64,000 bases of DNA from an uncultured candidatus Porisulfidus sp. Its GTDB lineage: Bacteria; Pseudomonadota; Gammaproteobacteria; Poriferisulfidales; Oxydemutatoraceae. The position numbers and the translations under genes were made by a program. How positions within the stretch are numbered: the first letter of the stretch is position 1; each line of letters begins with the position of its first letter. Shown one piece after another: positions 23,513 through 35,080 of the stretch. The notes under the pieces were generated by a model that was not told the DNA's origin, searched no databases, and saw only the letters and a list, made by a program, of their open reading frames with translations. The stretch spans positions 1,856,001 through 1,920,000 of the forward strand of contig OZ244052.1 of the NCBI GenBank assembly GCA_965215125.1, in the 5' to 3' direction.

Positions 23513-25827
23513 TTTGAGTCGTTATCGGTTCGGGTCTTGGTTTCTATTTGTATTAGCTTGGATTTCCCCTCTTTGATTTGGGGTGGTTTGGGCTTAAATA
23601 CATTATCGGGCTTAAATTTTGTTTTAACTGTTTGTGGTTTATCCGAAGGTGGAGTATTTCTGCCGCCGTGATGAGGGGTTCGTGGGAGTGTTTCTTTAAT
23701 AGAGTCCCTGGTTGTTTTAACCGTCCGTGTTGTATCGGCAGGTTGCGTATTGACATCGCTACGGTGGGAGGTTTGCGGCGATGTTCTTTTGATAGAGTCT
23801 TTGCTCGTATAGCTACGGCGGTTGGACGATGTGTTTCGATTACGGTCATTTTTATAGTTCGCTTTAGACCTCCGATATTGTCCGTGTCTTTCTTTAGACG
23901 AACTATACTTTGTTTTATTCCCGGTATTTTGTTGCTGTGTACTACTCGGCTTTGAGTGTGAATCGGTGCTCGTCTGCACCGGTTTTTTGTAACCCGACTG
24001 TCTTTTATTCGAATAACGCGTTTGCGTTTTTTGGTATCGGCTACGATTCTTATGCAAACTTCCGGATTTCCCGTCAAAACGTCTGCTTTGTTTTCCATAT
24101 GTCCGGTGCGCTTGTTTATGCGACCTTTCCTTAGGTGTGAATATAGACGTTAATTTTTTCCACCAGCTTCCGAAGATCTCGGATAATGTTGCTTTTTCCA
24201 TTGCAACGACGGTCGGAATGACGGCTGTTTCTTTTTCTAATCCTTTCTCTACTTGGTTTTGTTTTTCAAACAAGTTATGTTTGGGTAGCGACGAGCGTGT
24301 AGACGCCGGCTCATTGTTGTATCCGATACCCTGATTTTCCCTATAGCGCATGATTTTATAATGAGGAGTTTCTATTTGCGAATCGTGATTTATAGTTACT
24401 TTTACATCGTAGCGTTTTTCTATTTCTTTCAATTCGGCACTTTTCTCTCTGATTAAGAATTGATTAACTTCGATAGGTACCTGACCTACGACATGTGAGG
24501 TTTGAGGTTTCCCGGCTTCTCCTTCTATTAATCGTAACACGACTAGAGCGCAGGATTTTACGGTTCTTATAAAGCCGCGTCCGTTGCAACGCGGGCATAG
24601 TATCTCGCTTTCGTTTTGCAGAGAAGGGCGTAGACGCTGGCGAGACATTTCCAATAAACCGAAATCGGATATGCGCCCCAATCGCGTCCGCGCACGATCG
24701 GCTCTCAATAACCCTCGCAGACGCTCTTCTACTTGACGCCTGTTCTGATGCGGTTTCATATCTATAAAATCTATTACCAATAATCCTCCCAAGTCTCGCA
24801 GACGTAATTGCCGTGCAATTTCGTCGGCTGCTTCCAGGTTGGTTTTTAGTGCGGTCTCTTCTAAATCTTGTTGTCGTGTCGAGCGTGCCGAATTAATATC
24901 TATGGTGGTCAATGCTTCGGTGTGATCCAAAACGATAGCTCCGCCGGACGGCAATTCTATTTCGCGTTGGTACAAAGTTTCAATTTGTGTTTCTATATGC
25001 ATACGGTTAAACAACGGGATATCGCCGCTGTATAACTTTAGTTTTTTCTTGTATCTCGGTAGTACCATAGATACGAATTCTCTGGTTTCTTCGTAGATTT
25101 CTTGGTTGTCTATAATGATTTCATCTATATTTGAACCTAGATTGTTCTGTATAGCTTGCAACACAATGTTGGCTTCTTGGTAGATTAAAAAGGGAGCCGA
25201 GCGTTCGTTAGAGGTTTTTTGTATTTGTTTCCACAGATAACGTAAATAATCAAGATTCTTTTGTAAGTCTCTTTTTTCGGCATTCAAGCAAGCGGTGCGC
25301 AAGATCAAGCCTTCATTTTTTTCTGTGACAAGTTGACGGCTTATATCAAGCATCCGTTGACGATCTTCTCCTGAAATACGCTGTGATATGCCGTGCGTGC
25401 GTGGCTTGTCGGGTAATAGAACCATATAAAGTCCGCTCAAACTTACATAACTACTGATAGAAGCTCCTTTGTTCGATATCTCTTCGCGGGCAATTTGCAC
25501 AATGATTTCTTGCCCTTCTTCGATCAGTTCGTGTACGACTTGCTTGCGAATAGGACCCTTAAAATCAGCGGTAAAATACCGAGGGCATATCTCCTTAGTG
25601 GGTAGGAATCCTTGGCGTGCGCCGCCGTAGTCTACGAATACCGCATTTAAGCTCGGTGCTATAGAAGCAATAACACCTTTGTATATATTTCCTTTTTTCT
25701 GTCTCTTAGTTGCCGCCTCGATATCCAGATTGTATAATTTCTGACCATCTACTATGGCAACACGCAACTCTTCCTGTTGCGTTGCATTGACTAAAATTCT
25801 TTTCATTATCAACTCTTGTTCTTGCAT
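23509..25827 (-). CDS. rne: Ribonuclease E (start may be MKRILVNA, a few codons downstream)
   Basis: RILVNATQQEELRVA, S1 domain, IDINS, LRDLGGLLVIDFIDM, CPRC Zn-link, a membrane-targeting helix and a disordered basic tail. Confidence 0.95.
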   Translation of the reverse strand: MQEQELIMKRILVNATQQEELRVAIVDGQKLYNLDIEAATKRQKKGNIYKGVIASIAPSLNAVFVDYGGARQGFLPTKEICPRYFTADFKGPIRKQVVHELIEEGQEIIVQIAREEISNKGASISSYVSLSGLYMVLLPDKPRTHGISQRISGEDRQRMLDISRQLVTEKNEGLILRTACLNAEKRDLQKNLDYLRYLWKQIQKTSNERSAPFLIYQEANIVLQAIQNNLGSNIDEIIIDNQEIYEETREFVSMVLPRYKKKLKLYSGDIPLFNRMHIETQIETLYQREIELPSGGAIVLDHTEALTTIDINSARSTRQQDLEETALKTNLEAADEIARQLRLRDLGGLLVIDFIDMKPHQNRRQVEERLRGLLRADRARTRLGRISDFGLLEMSRQRLRPSLQNESEILCPRCNGRGFIRTVKSCALVVLRLIEGEAGKPQTSHVVGQVPIEVNQFLIREKSAELKEIEKRYDVKVTINHDSQIETPHYKIMRYRENQGIGYNNEPASTRSSLPKHNLFEKQNQVEKGLEKETAVIPTVVAMEKATLSEIFGSWWKKLTSIFTPKERSHKQAHRTYGKQSRRFDGKSGSLHKNRSRYQKTQTRYSNKRQSGYKKPVQTSTDSHSKPSSTQQQNTGNKTKYSSSKERHGQYRRSKANYKNDRNRNTSSNRRSYTSKDSIKRTSPQTSHRSDVNTQPADTTRTVKTTRDSIKETLPRTPHHGGRNTPPSDKPQTVKTKFKPDNVFKPKPPQIKEGKSKLIQIETKTRTDNDSK

Positions 25828-26169
25828 GGGACAAATACATGGCGCGGCACATTACGAATCTGTGCAAGAGGGCATACGAACACCTAATTCGCGTTTCTAA
25901 ATTTTTGATAAATAGTATTTCCGCTAAATTAAACATGTGTCAAAGTCCTATAAATCATCGGTAAATCTGCTACAAGCGGCACTCGTCTTTGAACGCATGC
26001 GCTTGAAATTCAATTCAATCTTATAATTCGGTATTTATATTTATTTATTCAACCGAATGGATTTTAACATTATAACATATTCTTGACCCACCGATTTTAT
26101 CATCTGAACATTGCTTTCTACGCATGGTTTATTGGGTAGAACAAACCATTATCATATATAATAATCCTC

Positions 26170-26808
26170 ATGAATTATTACCATAAACTTTTTATACGCG
26201 TTAGGCAGAGTGCGATGTTTTTGCTGTTGATAAGTGTGCTTGCCCAACCGGTGTTTGCGCAAAGTTACGAAGACGCGAGAGATTTTTTATCCGTTTTAGT
26301 GGACGGCGTTATTTCCGAGATCAAAACCAACAAAGCTGCATACCGGAATGATACCGAAAAACTATACGAACTGATAGATCAGCGTATACTTGCTGCGGTT
26401 GATATGGAATTGTTTGCCAAGTTAACTTTGGGTTCTCACTGGAATGGTGCCTCTGTAACACAACGCCAATCGTTCACCGAAGCCTTGCATAGGACAATGG
26501 TGCGTAGTTATGGGAAATCTTTGTTGCTACTTTCGAGAGTAGAGAAGATAGATTATCCGATACCCGAGACCGTTAAGCAGGCGCGTTATCAAATAGTAAA
26601 AACGATGCTATTTTTTGTCGGCGGTCAAGCTCCGGTTTCTATCAACTACGCGATGTTGTTTAAGGAAGACAAGTGGGTGATTTTTGATTTGATAGTGGAT
26701 GGTTTAGGCGTAGGTAAACAGTTTAGGCAAAACTTTGATTTGGAGATTAAAGATAAAGGCTTGGATGCATTGATAGCACGCCTAAGCCGAGATGGCGAGA
26801 GCCTTTAG
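26170..26808 (+). CDS. mlaC: MlaC/Ttg2D phospholipid-binding protein
   Basis: Signal peptide, LG..W..AS..QR..F, WVIFDLIVDG and GLDALI; upstream of murA as in other gammaproteobacteria. Confidence 0.85.
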   Translation: MNYYHKLFIRVRQSAMFLLLISVLAQPVFAQSYEDARDFLSVLVDGVISEIKTNKAAYRNDTEKLYELIDQRILAAVDMELFAKLTLGSHWNGASVTQRQSFTEALHRTMVRSYGKSLLLLSRVEKIDYPIPETVKQARYQIVKTMLFFVGGQAPVSINYAMLFKEDKWVIFDLIVDGLGVGKQFRQNFDLEIKDKGLDALIARLSRDGESL

Positions 26809-26828
26809 AATATCCACCCGATTAATAA

Positions 26829-28091
<1,263 letters not shown>

Positions 28092-28106
28092 ACCGGAGAA
28101 GAAATT

Positions 28107-28727
28107 ATGACCGGACTTAGAATTGCCTTAGCAAAGGGGCGCCTACTTAAGGCCACGTTGCCGTTGCTCGACCGTGCCGGTTTGGGCTTACAAGGCAGTT
28201 CCGAGGACGAGCGCAAATTGATATTGCTAAGCAAAGACCGAAAGATGGAATTTGTGGTATTGCGCGCCGCCGATGTAGTGACCTATGTAGAATACGGTGC
28301 TGCCGACCTCGGTATAGTCGGCAAAGATATGTTGATGGAAGAAGAAAGTAACAGCATCTACGAGTTATGCGATTTAGGTATTGCAAAATGTCGCCTATCG
28401 GTAGCCGGTTTGCCCGACCGGCAGCCGAAGTACCGTCCCCGAATTGCAACCAAGTATTGTGTTTCGGCAAAACGATATTTTGCCGAGCACAATCGTCAAG
28501 TTAGCATCATAAAGTTATACGGTTCAATGGAAATGGCACCGGTTTTAGGACTTGCCGATTTGATAGTTGATTTGGTCGATAGCGGCAAAACCCTTGCTGC
28601 GAATGGTCTGCAAGAGCTTGAAAAAATCAGAGATATTAGTGCCCGATTGATTGCAAACAATGCCTCGATGAAAATGAAGGATCAAAGCATGAAAGAACTA
28701 ATAAAAAAAATAACCGACTGTATCTAA
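28107..28727 (+). CDS. hisG: ATP phosphoribosyltransferase, short form (HisZ-dependent)
   Basis: IALAKGR, ADLGIVGKD, IATKY, LYGSMEMAP and IVDLVDSGKTL; 206 aa with no C-terminal regulatory domain. Confidence 0.96.
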   Translation: MTGLRIALAKGRLLKATLPLLDRAGLGLQGSSEDERKLILLSKDRKMEFVVLRAADVVTYVEYGAADLGIVGKDMLMEEESNSIYELCDLGIAKCRLSVAGLPDRQPKYRPRIATKYCVSAKRYFAEHNRQVSIIKLYGSMEMAPVLGLADLIVDLVDSGKTLAANGLQELEKIRDISARLIANNASMKMKDQSMKELIKKITDCI

Positions 28728-28819
28728 GGTGCTTCGGAAATGTATAGGCTAACCCCAACCGCCTATCCGGCAACCGACAAAGTTTCTATGATTTATATGG
28801 ATAGGCTACAATAGGGCAA

Positions 28820-29896
28820 ATGAAATACCCAACAGACGACTTAAGAATAAATGAGATTAAAGATCTTATTGCTCCGCAAGATTTGACGAACCGCCTGCCG
28901 ATTACCGAAGCGGTATCGGAGTGCGTCTACAAATCTCGTCTAGCGATTAAAAATATCCTGCACGGTGAAGAGCCTCGCATGCTCGTAATCGCAGGTCCTT
29001 GCTCGGTTCACGACACGAAAGCGGCACTTGAATACGCCGGCCGTCTGCAACCTTTGATAGAACAATACAAAGATAAGTTACATATAGTAATGCGTGTGTA
29101 TTTTGAAAAACCACGTACCACGGTAGGCTGGAAAGGCTTGATCAACGACCCCGATTTAGACAATAGTTTTCATATTAATAAGGGTGTGGAAGTTGCCCGC
29201 CGGCTTTTGCTGGATTTGAATACCAAAGGCGTATCGGCGGCGACCGAATATCTAGATTTGATCAGTCCGCAATATATATCGGATTTAATCGCTTGGGGTG
29301 CGATAGGTGCTCGTACTACCGAGAGCCAAACTCACCGCGAACTAGCTTCCGGTTTATCTTGTCCGGTCGGATTCAAAAACGGCACGCACGGCAACATACA
29401 AATAGCCGTAGACGCAATGCGCTCGGCATCGCAACCGCATCACTTTTTATCGGTAACCAAAAGCGGACACTCGGCTATTTTTTCAACAGCCGGCAATAGT
29501 GATTGCCATATCATCATGCGCGGCGGAGGCGGTAAAACCAATTACGACAGCGATAGCGTCGAATACGCAGCGACTTTGCTCGCCAAGAGCAAACAAACCG
29601 AAAAAGTGATGATTGATTTTAGCCATGCCAATAGTAGCAAACAATTCAAACGGCAGAGGATAGCTGCCGAGGATGTTGCGCAGCAATTACGAGCAGGCGA
29701 GCGACGCATTATGGGTGTGATGATAGAAAGCCATTTAGTAGAAGGTCGGCAAGACCTCAAATTCAATTCGGACGGCACGCTCGACAGAGAAGGATTGGTC
29801 TACGGGCAGAGTATTACCGATGCGTGCATGGGTTGGGACGACACCACCAAAGTATTGGAGATACTTGCCTCGGCGGTACAAACAGGACCGGCTTAA
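28820..29896 (+). CDS. aroG: Class I DAHP synthase (AroG/F/H family)
   Basis: GPCSVHD, RVYFEKPRTTVGWKG, IGARTTESQ, DFSHANS and SITDAC. Confidence 0.95.
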   Translation: MKYPTDDLRINEIKDLIAPQDLTNRLPITEAVSECVYKSRLAIKNILHGEEPRMLVIAGPCSVHDTKAALEYAGRLQPLIEQYKDKLHIVMRVYFEKPRTTVGWKGLINDPDLDNSFHINKGVEVARRLLLDLNTKGVSAATEYLDLISPQYISDLIAWGAIGARTTESQTHRELASGLSCPVGFKNGTHGNIQIAVDAMRSASQPHHFLSVTKSGHSAIFSTAGNSDCHIIMRGGGGKTNYDSDSVEYAATLLAKSKQTEKVMIDFSHANSSKQFKRQRIAAEDVAQQLRAGERRIMGVMIESHLVEGRQDLKFNSDGTLDREGLVYGQSITDACMGWDDTTKVLEILASAVQTGPA

Positions 29897-31203
29897 TGAC
29901 ACTAGCCCTGCAACAGCTGGATGCTTCCGACGCAGACTTCAACGAGCAGATTAAAAAATATGTGGAACACGCGCGGATTATCGGTACCGATATTGAAAGT
30001 TCGGTACGCTCTATCATCGACGATGTGCGTGATCGCGGCGATGAAGCGATACTGGACTACACCGAGCAACTCGATCGAATCAAAGCCGAATCGGTATCGG
30101 CTTTGCGCATCTCTGCAGAACAAAGATCGCAACTTGCCCAAAGCGTATTGCCCGAATGGTCGGACGCACTCGACAAAGCGGCTGCACGTATCCGCCGCTA
30201 CGCCGAAAAACAACTCGGGCAAGATTGGGAATTCGTCGACGAAATCGGTGTGCACTTAGGACAAAAAATCGGAGCAGTAGATGCAGTAGGGCTTTATATA
30301 CCGGGCGGCAAGGCTGCATATCCGTCGTCGCTTTTAATGAACGCAATTCCTGCCCAAGTCGCCGGTGTAGAACGTATCGTTGCAATGTTGCCTGCGCCCG
30401 GTGGTCACCTCAACCCGTTATTGATGCGTGCGCTGGAGTTGATGCAAATAGACGAAGCGTATACCATCGGTGGTGCGCAGGCGATTGCCGCCCTTGCCTA
30501 CGGCACCCGAACGATTACCCCGGTTTCTAAAATTGTGGGGCCCGGAAACGCTTATGTCAACGAAGCCAAACGTCAAGTATTCGGCAGAGTGGGTATAGAC
30601 ATGGTTGCCGGACCTTCCGAGATTTTAATCATTGCCGACGGTACTACGCAAGCCTCGTGGCTCGCACTGGATTTATTTTCACAAGCCGAACACGACGAAC
30701 AAGCGCGTGCGATATTGCTATGTCCCGATGCCGACTATCTAGCTCAAGTGCGTTCCGAAATAGATTGCCTGCTACCGACGATGGCGCGCAATGCAGTCAT
30801 AGAAGCTGCGCTCAATAATAACGGCTTGCTGGTCAAGGTTGGCAATTTGCAACAAGCGATACAAATAGCCAATACAATTGCCCCCGAGCATTTGGAACTC
30901 GCGGTGGATAATGCCGAACAATGGATAGACCACATAAAAAATGCCGGGGCAGTTTTTATAGGTTCCTATAGCTGCGAGGTGTTGGGTGATTATTGTGTAG
31001 GTTCAAACCATGTGTTGCCTACCGGCGGCAGTGCGCGCTTCTCTTCTCCGTTGGGTGTCTACGATTTCCAAAAACGCACGAGTATCGTGCAATGCAATGC
31101 AAAAGCTGCGGCGTATCTAGCCGAGATAGCCGAACCACTCGCTACTGCCGAAGGTTTGCATGCCCACGCCGCCGCCGCGCGAAGCCGTATAGTTGAACCA
31201 TGA
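29896..31203 (+). CDS. hisD: Histidinol dehydrogenase (start at ATG 29896, overlapping the aroG stop)
   Basis: YIPGGKAAYPSS, GPGNAYV, AGPSE, SQAEHD, APEHLEL and NHVLPTGG. Confidence 0.97.
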   Translation: MTLALQQLDASDADFNEQIKKYVEHARIIGTDIESSVRSIIDDVRDRGDEAILDYTEQLDRIKAESVSALRISAEQRSQLAQSVLPEWSDALDKAAARIRRYAEKQLGQDWEFVDEIGVHLGQKIGAVDAVGLYIPGGKAAYPSSLLMNAIPAQVAGVERIVAMLPAPGGHLNPLLMRALELMQIDEAYTIGGAQAIAALAYGTRTITPVSKIVGPGNAYVNEAKRQVFGRVGIDMVAGPSEILIIADGTTQASWLALDLFSQAEHDEQARAILLCPDADYLAQVRSEIDCLLPTMARNAVIEAALNNNGLLVKVGNLQQAIQIANTIAPEHLELAVDNAEQWIDHIKNAGAVFIGSYSCEVLGDYCVGSNHVLPTGGSARFSSPLGVYDFQKRTSIVQCNAKAAAYLAEIAEPLATAEGLHAHAAAARSRIVEP

Positions 31204-31955
31204 CTTCGTTGAACGATATTGCAAGTTATGCCGATCGCTATTTGCAGATAGAACGCTTTAAGGATTATGCCCCGAATGGTTTACAGGTCGACAGCACACG
31301 TACTATTCGCTGCATAATATCGGGGGTTACCGCCTCGCAAGCCTTGATAGATGCCGCAGTGGAAAACGACGGTGATGCATTGTTGGTACATCACGGTTAT
31401 TTTTGGCGCAACGAAAATCCTACGATACTCGGGATGAAAGCGAAGCGACTGCGTGCCCTGTTAAAGAACGACATCGGGTTGCTCGCTTACCATATTCCTT
31501 TGGACGCTCATGACGAAGTCGGCAACAATATGCAACTGGCAAAAAGATTGGATATTTCCTTAAAAGGTGCCTTTGGTGATTTAGGTGGTATACCGTTGGC
31601 GAGGTACGGCACCGTGCCACCGTGCGGTGCCGATGCCCTAGCGAGAAAGATAGAACAGGTTTTGTCCAGGCCACCGCAACTGATAGCCGGTGGTGGCTCA
31701 CAAATTGAAACCGTGGGACTTTGTACCGGTGCCGCACAAGACTGCATAGAAGACGCGGCGCGCTTAGGTTTGGATGCTTATATTAGCGGCGAAATATCCG
31801 AGAGAACGGTACACATCGCTAAGGAAGAGGGTATACATTACTACGCTGCCGGGCACCATGCCACCGAACGCTACGGAGTACAAGCCCTAGGCAAACATCT
31901 AGCCGAACATTTTCGGATTGATCACCGCTATATAGAGATAGACAACCCGGTATAG
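31200..31955 (+). CDS. Nif3-like dinuclear metal-centre hexameric protein (YbgI)
   Basis: DYAPNGLQV, VHHGYFW, YHIPLDAH, GNN and AGHHATERYG. Confidence 0.95.
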   Translation: MTSLNDIASYADRYLQIERFKDYAPNGLQVDSTRTIRCIISGVTASQALIDAAVENDGDALLVHHGYFWRNENPTILGMKAKRLRALLKNDIGLLAYHIPLDAHDEVGNNMQLAKRLDISLKGAFGDLGGIPLARYGTVPPCGADALARKIEQVLSRPPQLIAGGGSQIETVGLCTGAAQDCIEDAARLGLDAYISGEISERTVHIAKEEGIHYYAAGHHATERYGVQALGKHLAEHFRIDHRYIEIDNPV

Positions 31956-31982
31956 ACCAGCATTACAAGTATAGAGGTGGTC

Positions 31983-32098
31983 CATTCCCCTCCTATGGAG
32001 GGGTGGCAAGCTCTGCTTGACGGGGTGGTCCATTCCCCTCCTATGGAGGGGTGGCAAGCTCTGCTTGACGGGGTGGTCTATTCCCCGCCTGTGGAGGG
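31983..32098 (+). repeat. Tandem array of family A (two identical 48 bp units plus a partial third)
   Basis: CATTCCCCTCCTATGGAGGGGTGGCAAGCTCTGCTTGACGGGGTGGTC twice, then ATTCCCCGCCTGTGGAGGG; lies between convergent genes. Confidence 0.92.
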
Positions 32099-32111
32099 AA
32101 ATGGTTTGTCC

Positions 32112-32822
32112 CTACGGTTGTATGATAGGGATGAAAGCGGCTGCGGTACCGATTAGGGTTTTGTTGATTATTCGACTGGTTTTATCGGAAATAATGCGCG
32201 ACATGAGATCTTGGGTGGTGCTGATTTTTTCTATTAAGGCGTAGACATTGTTGGCTTCACCGTAATTCGTATCTATATGAAATAGCTGCGGTGACATATT
32301 TGCTAATTTTCCTTTTAGCAGTTGCAAGTTGTAACTGCTGTTGTATAGTTTTTGAGGATCTATGGTATCGGGGATAAAAAATTCTCGCTGATTGTCGTAT
32401 GAATTCCGGATCATGCTACTAATACCGACCATCAAAGCAAAGACTCTATCACCGTCGTAAGAGTTGTCCAACGCCAGTTCGATCGCTTTAATTTGCTGTT
32501 TGTTGTCAATTTCTCTGTAGGCGACTTCAACGGGGTAATCGACGATTTGATTGAGACGTTGTTCCAAGCCGATACTCGGTGATTTGGCTAATTCTTTAGG
32601 GTTTGTTCTATATAACTCGTGTGCCAATCGTCCGATATAATCGTCCAGACTTCTGACTATGGTGTCGGCGGCCATGTCTATATCGCTTTTAGCGAGGTTT
32701 TTGACTTTGCCTCCACTACACCCGTTGAGTATGAGTGTCATTATCAGGACAAATAGACAAGCGTATATTTTTCGGTGTGCCATTGTTCGGAGGGTTATAA
32801 TATAATAAATTAATTTTATCAT
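32112..32822 (-). CDS. Hypothetical lipoprotein
   Basis: Hydrophobic N-terminus with an LNGC lipobox; the start may be the internal MAHRK. Confidence 0.7.
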   Translation of the reverse strand: MIKLIYYIITLRTMAHRKIYACLFVLIMTLILNGCSGGKVKNLAKSDIDMAADTIVRSLDDYIGRLAHELYRTNPKELAKSPSIGLEQRLNQIVDYPVEVAYREIDNKQQIKAIELALDNSYDGDRVFALMVGISSMIRNSYDNQREFFIPDTIDPQKLYNSSYNLQLLKGKLANMSPQLFHIDTNYGEANNVYALIEKISTTQDLMSRIISDKTSRIINKTLIGTAAAFIPIIQP

Positions 32823-32835
32823 TATTCAGAAAACC

Positions 32836-33204
32836 ATGAAAGCACTTTTACTTATTGCACACGGTAGCAACCGGCAATATTCAAACGATGAAATCCGTAG
32901 TTTGACGGATAAATTAAGAGCCAAGATAAAGACACATTTCGATCGTGTAGATTGCGTGTTTTTGGAACTTAGCGAACCTTCCATAGCCGATGGCATACAA
33001 CGATGTGCCGCCGACGGCATCGACGAAGTAACCTTGTTGCCTTATTTTTTATCGGCGGGCAAGCATATTGCCGAGGACATTCCCGGAATAGTGGCCGAGC
33101 AACGCGAGCGTTATCCACATATCAGCATGCAGATATGCGACTATGTCGGCAAGCAGCCCGAAATGGAAGATTTATTGAAACGCATCGCATTGCACCATGA
33201 ATGA
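32836..33204 (+). CDS. CbiX/SirB-type single-domain chelatase
   Basis: LLIAHGS, FLELSEPSI and PYFLSAGKHIAEDIP. Confidence 0.9.
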   Translation: MKALLLIAHGSNRQYSNDEIRSLTDKLRAKIKTHFDRVDCVFLELSEPSIADGIQRCAADGIDEVTLLPYFLSAGKHIAEDIPGIVAEQRERYPHISMQICDYVGKQPEMEDLLKRIALHHE

Positions 33205-33604
33205 AATGCAAACTACGACGGATAATCGGTCAATCAAAAGCTGGTTCATTTTGCTGATCGGGCATCTCTCTTTACTATTCGGGTTGATCGCATTAATATT
33301 ACCGGTGATTCCGACTTCACCTTTTTTGGTGGTCGCCGCCGCCTGCTATGCGCGCACTTCACCTAGATTTCGCAAACTCATTATAGAGAATCGCCATGTG
33401 GGACCGGCAATACTCGAATGGGAGCGTAATAAATGCTTGGAACTCAAACATAAGATTTTATTCGTTTTGATACTGGCGATAGCGTTTTCCTCGTCTGCAT
33501 TTCTATTTATGGAAACGCAATTTGCGAGGCTGATCATGTTAAGTGTGGGTTTGATTGCAATCGTTTATGTAAGTTCTATAAAAACATGCAAGCAAAATCA
33601 GTGA
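33197..33604 (+). CDS. YbaN/DUF454 inner-membrane protein
   Basis: LPVIPTSPFLVVAAACYARTSPR and GP.I.EW. Confidence 0.85.
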   Translation: MNEMQTTTDNRSIKSWFILLIGHLSLLFGLIALILPVIPTSPFLVVAAACYARTSPRFRKLIIENRHVGPAILEWERNKCLELKHKILFVLILAIAFSSSAFLFMETQFARLIMLSVGLIAIVYVSSIKTCKQNQ

Positions 33605-33650
33605 CGATATTAAAAAACCTTGCATAGCGCGAGACAGGGGATAAATAGCG

Positions 33651-34790
33651 ATGGAAGAAAACGCAGTCTACATTCCTCCGGCAACAAAGTGTATCAAATT
33701 GTCCGGCGATTACGGAACCAGCGACTTTTTAATGTACCGAGGCGGACGATTGCCCGAAGTGCAAGTTGCATACGAAGCCTGGGGTGAGTTGTCGCCTAAT
33801 CACGACAATGTCGTATTGCTATTCACCGGCTTGTCGCCGACTGCACACGCCTGCTCGTCGCCCCAGGATACTTCCATCGGATGGTGGGAATATGTAGTAG
33901 GTCCGAACAAGCCCATAGATACCAACCACTTTTATGTAATCTGCGTCAATTCTCTAGGAAGTTGCTTCGGTTCCACATCGCCGAGATCGGTCAATCCACA
34001 GACCGGTAAAGCATACGGTATTGATTTTCCCGAACTGAGTATAGAGGATATCGCAAAATCCGCGCACCATGCGCTGAATGATCTGGGAATAGACCATTTA
34101 TTCGCGGTGGTCGGTGCTTCTATGGGTGGAATGAGTGCTCTGGCTTATGCGTTGCAGTATCCGGAAGAGTTGGATTATTTTGTTTGTATTTCTGCTGCGG
34201 CCAGAGCGTTACCTTTTACCATTGCGGTGCGTTCTTTGCAGCGAGAGATCATACGCTGTGATCCGAACTGGAACGGCGGCGACTATCCTATGGATGACGA
34301 GCCTAGTTGTGGGATGGTATTGGCGAGAAAACTGGGTCTGATGTCGTATCGCTCGGCTTCCGAATGGCGTCATCGCTTTAACCGAGCTAGAGTTTCCGCC
34401 AAGCGACATTCACCTAAGCCATTCGGTTTAGAGTTTGAGATAGAGTCTTATTTGGATTACAACGCCAGAAAATTTGTTTCTCAGTTTGATGCAAATTGCT
34501 ATCTTTATTTATCGCGCGCAATGGACTTGTTCGATGTTGCGGAACACGGTGGTTCGGTCAATGCCGGACTTGCGCAAATACATGCCAAGCACTCTTTGAT
34601 TATCGGGGTCGGCACCGATATACTGTTTCCTTTGGAGCAACAACGCGAAATCGCCGAAGGTCTTCAAAAAGCCGGCAAGTCGGTAGACTTGGTTGAACTG
34701 GACTCAAGCTACGGACACGACTCCTTTCTCATAGATGCTGAGCATTTTTCACCGATAATCAAAAACTTTTTCGACGGCATCAAATTATGA
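33651..34790 (+). CDS. metX: MetX-family acyltransferase, probably serine O-succinyl/acetyltransferase type
   Basis: FTGLSP, GWWE..VGP, NSLGSCFGST, GASMGG, RSLQRE, ARKLG, SYRS and GHDSFL. Confidence 0.88.
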   Translation: MEENAVYIPPATKCIKLSGDYGTSDFLMYRGGRLPEVQVAYEAWGELSPNHDNVVLLFTGLSPTAHACSSPQDTSIGWWEYVVGPNKPIDTNHFYVICVNSLGSCFGSTSPRSVNPQTGKAYGIDFPELSIEDIAKSAHHALNDLGIDHLFAVVGASMGGMSALAYALQYPEELDYFVCISAAARALPFTIAVRSLQREIIRCDPNWNGGDYPMDDEPSCGMVLARKLGLMSYRSASEWRHRFNRARVSAKRHSPKPFGLEFEIESYLDYNARKFVSQFDANCYLYLSRAMDLFDVAEHGGSVNAGLAQIHAKHSLIIGVGTDILFPLEQQREIAEGLQKAGKSVDLVELDSSYGHDSFLIDAEHFSPIIKNFFDGIKL

Positions 34791-35080
34791 TTCGTTATTG
34801 TAACTGTTGCGTGTAATACCGGCGGTCGTCGTTTCTGTGGTCAAAGCCGCATGGCGTATTATTTCACAATCCAACCGTCGGGCACCTTTTATATACTCGA
34901 ATACAACCGTTCATCGGATAATGAATTCTCGGGCTTTGATATCGGCTAATATTTGGAAAGGTTGTGTGTACAAGAACTATTTACAATTTTTGAGCAATGG
35001 GAGAAAATGGTGTCTAAATTGTTGAAACTTATAAGCATGGTAAAGAAACGATGGATAAATACATCCAACAAGGATAAGAC

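Noticed and set aside
31983-32098. Tandem palindromic repeats resembling a mini CRISPR array
   Set aside because: The 48 bp units are contiguous with no unique spacers, the same unit is dispersed through the window, and there are no cas genes.
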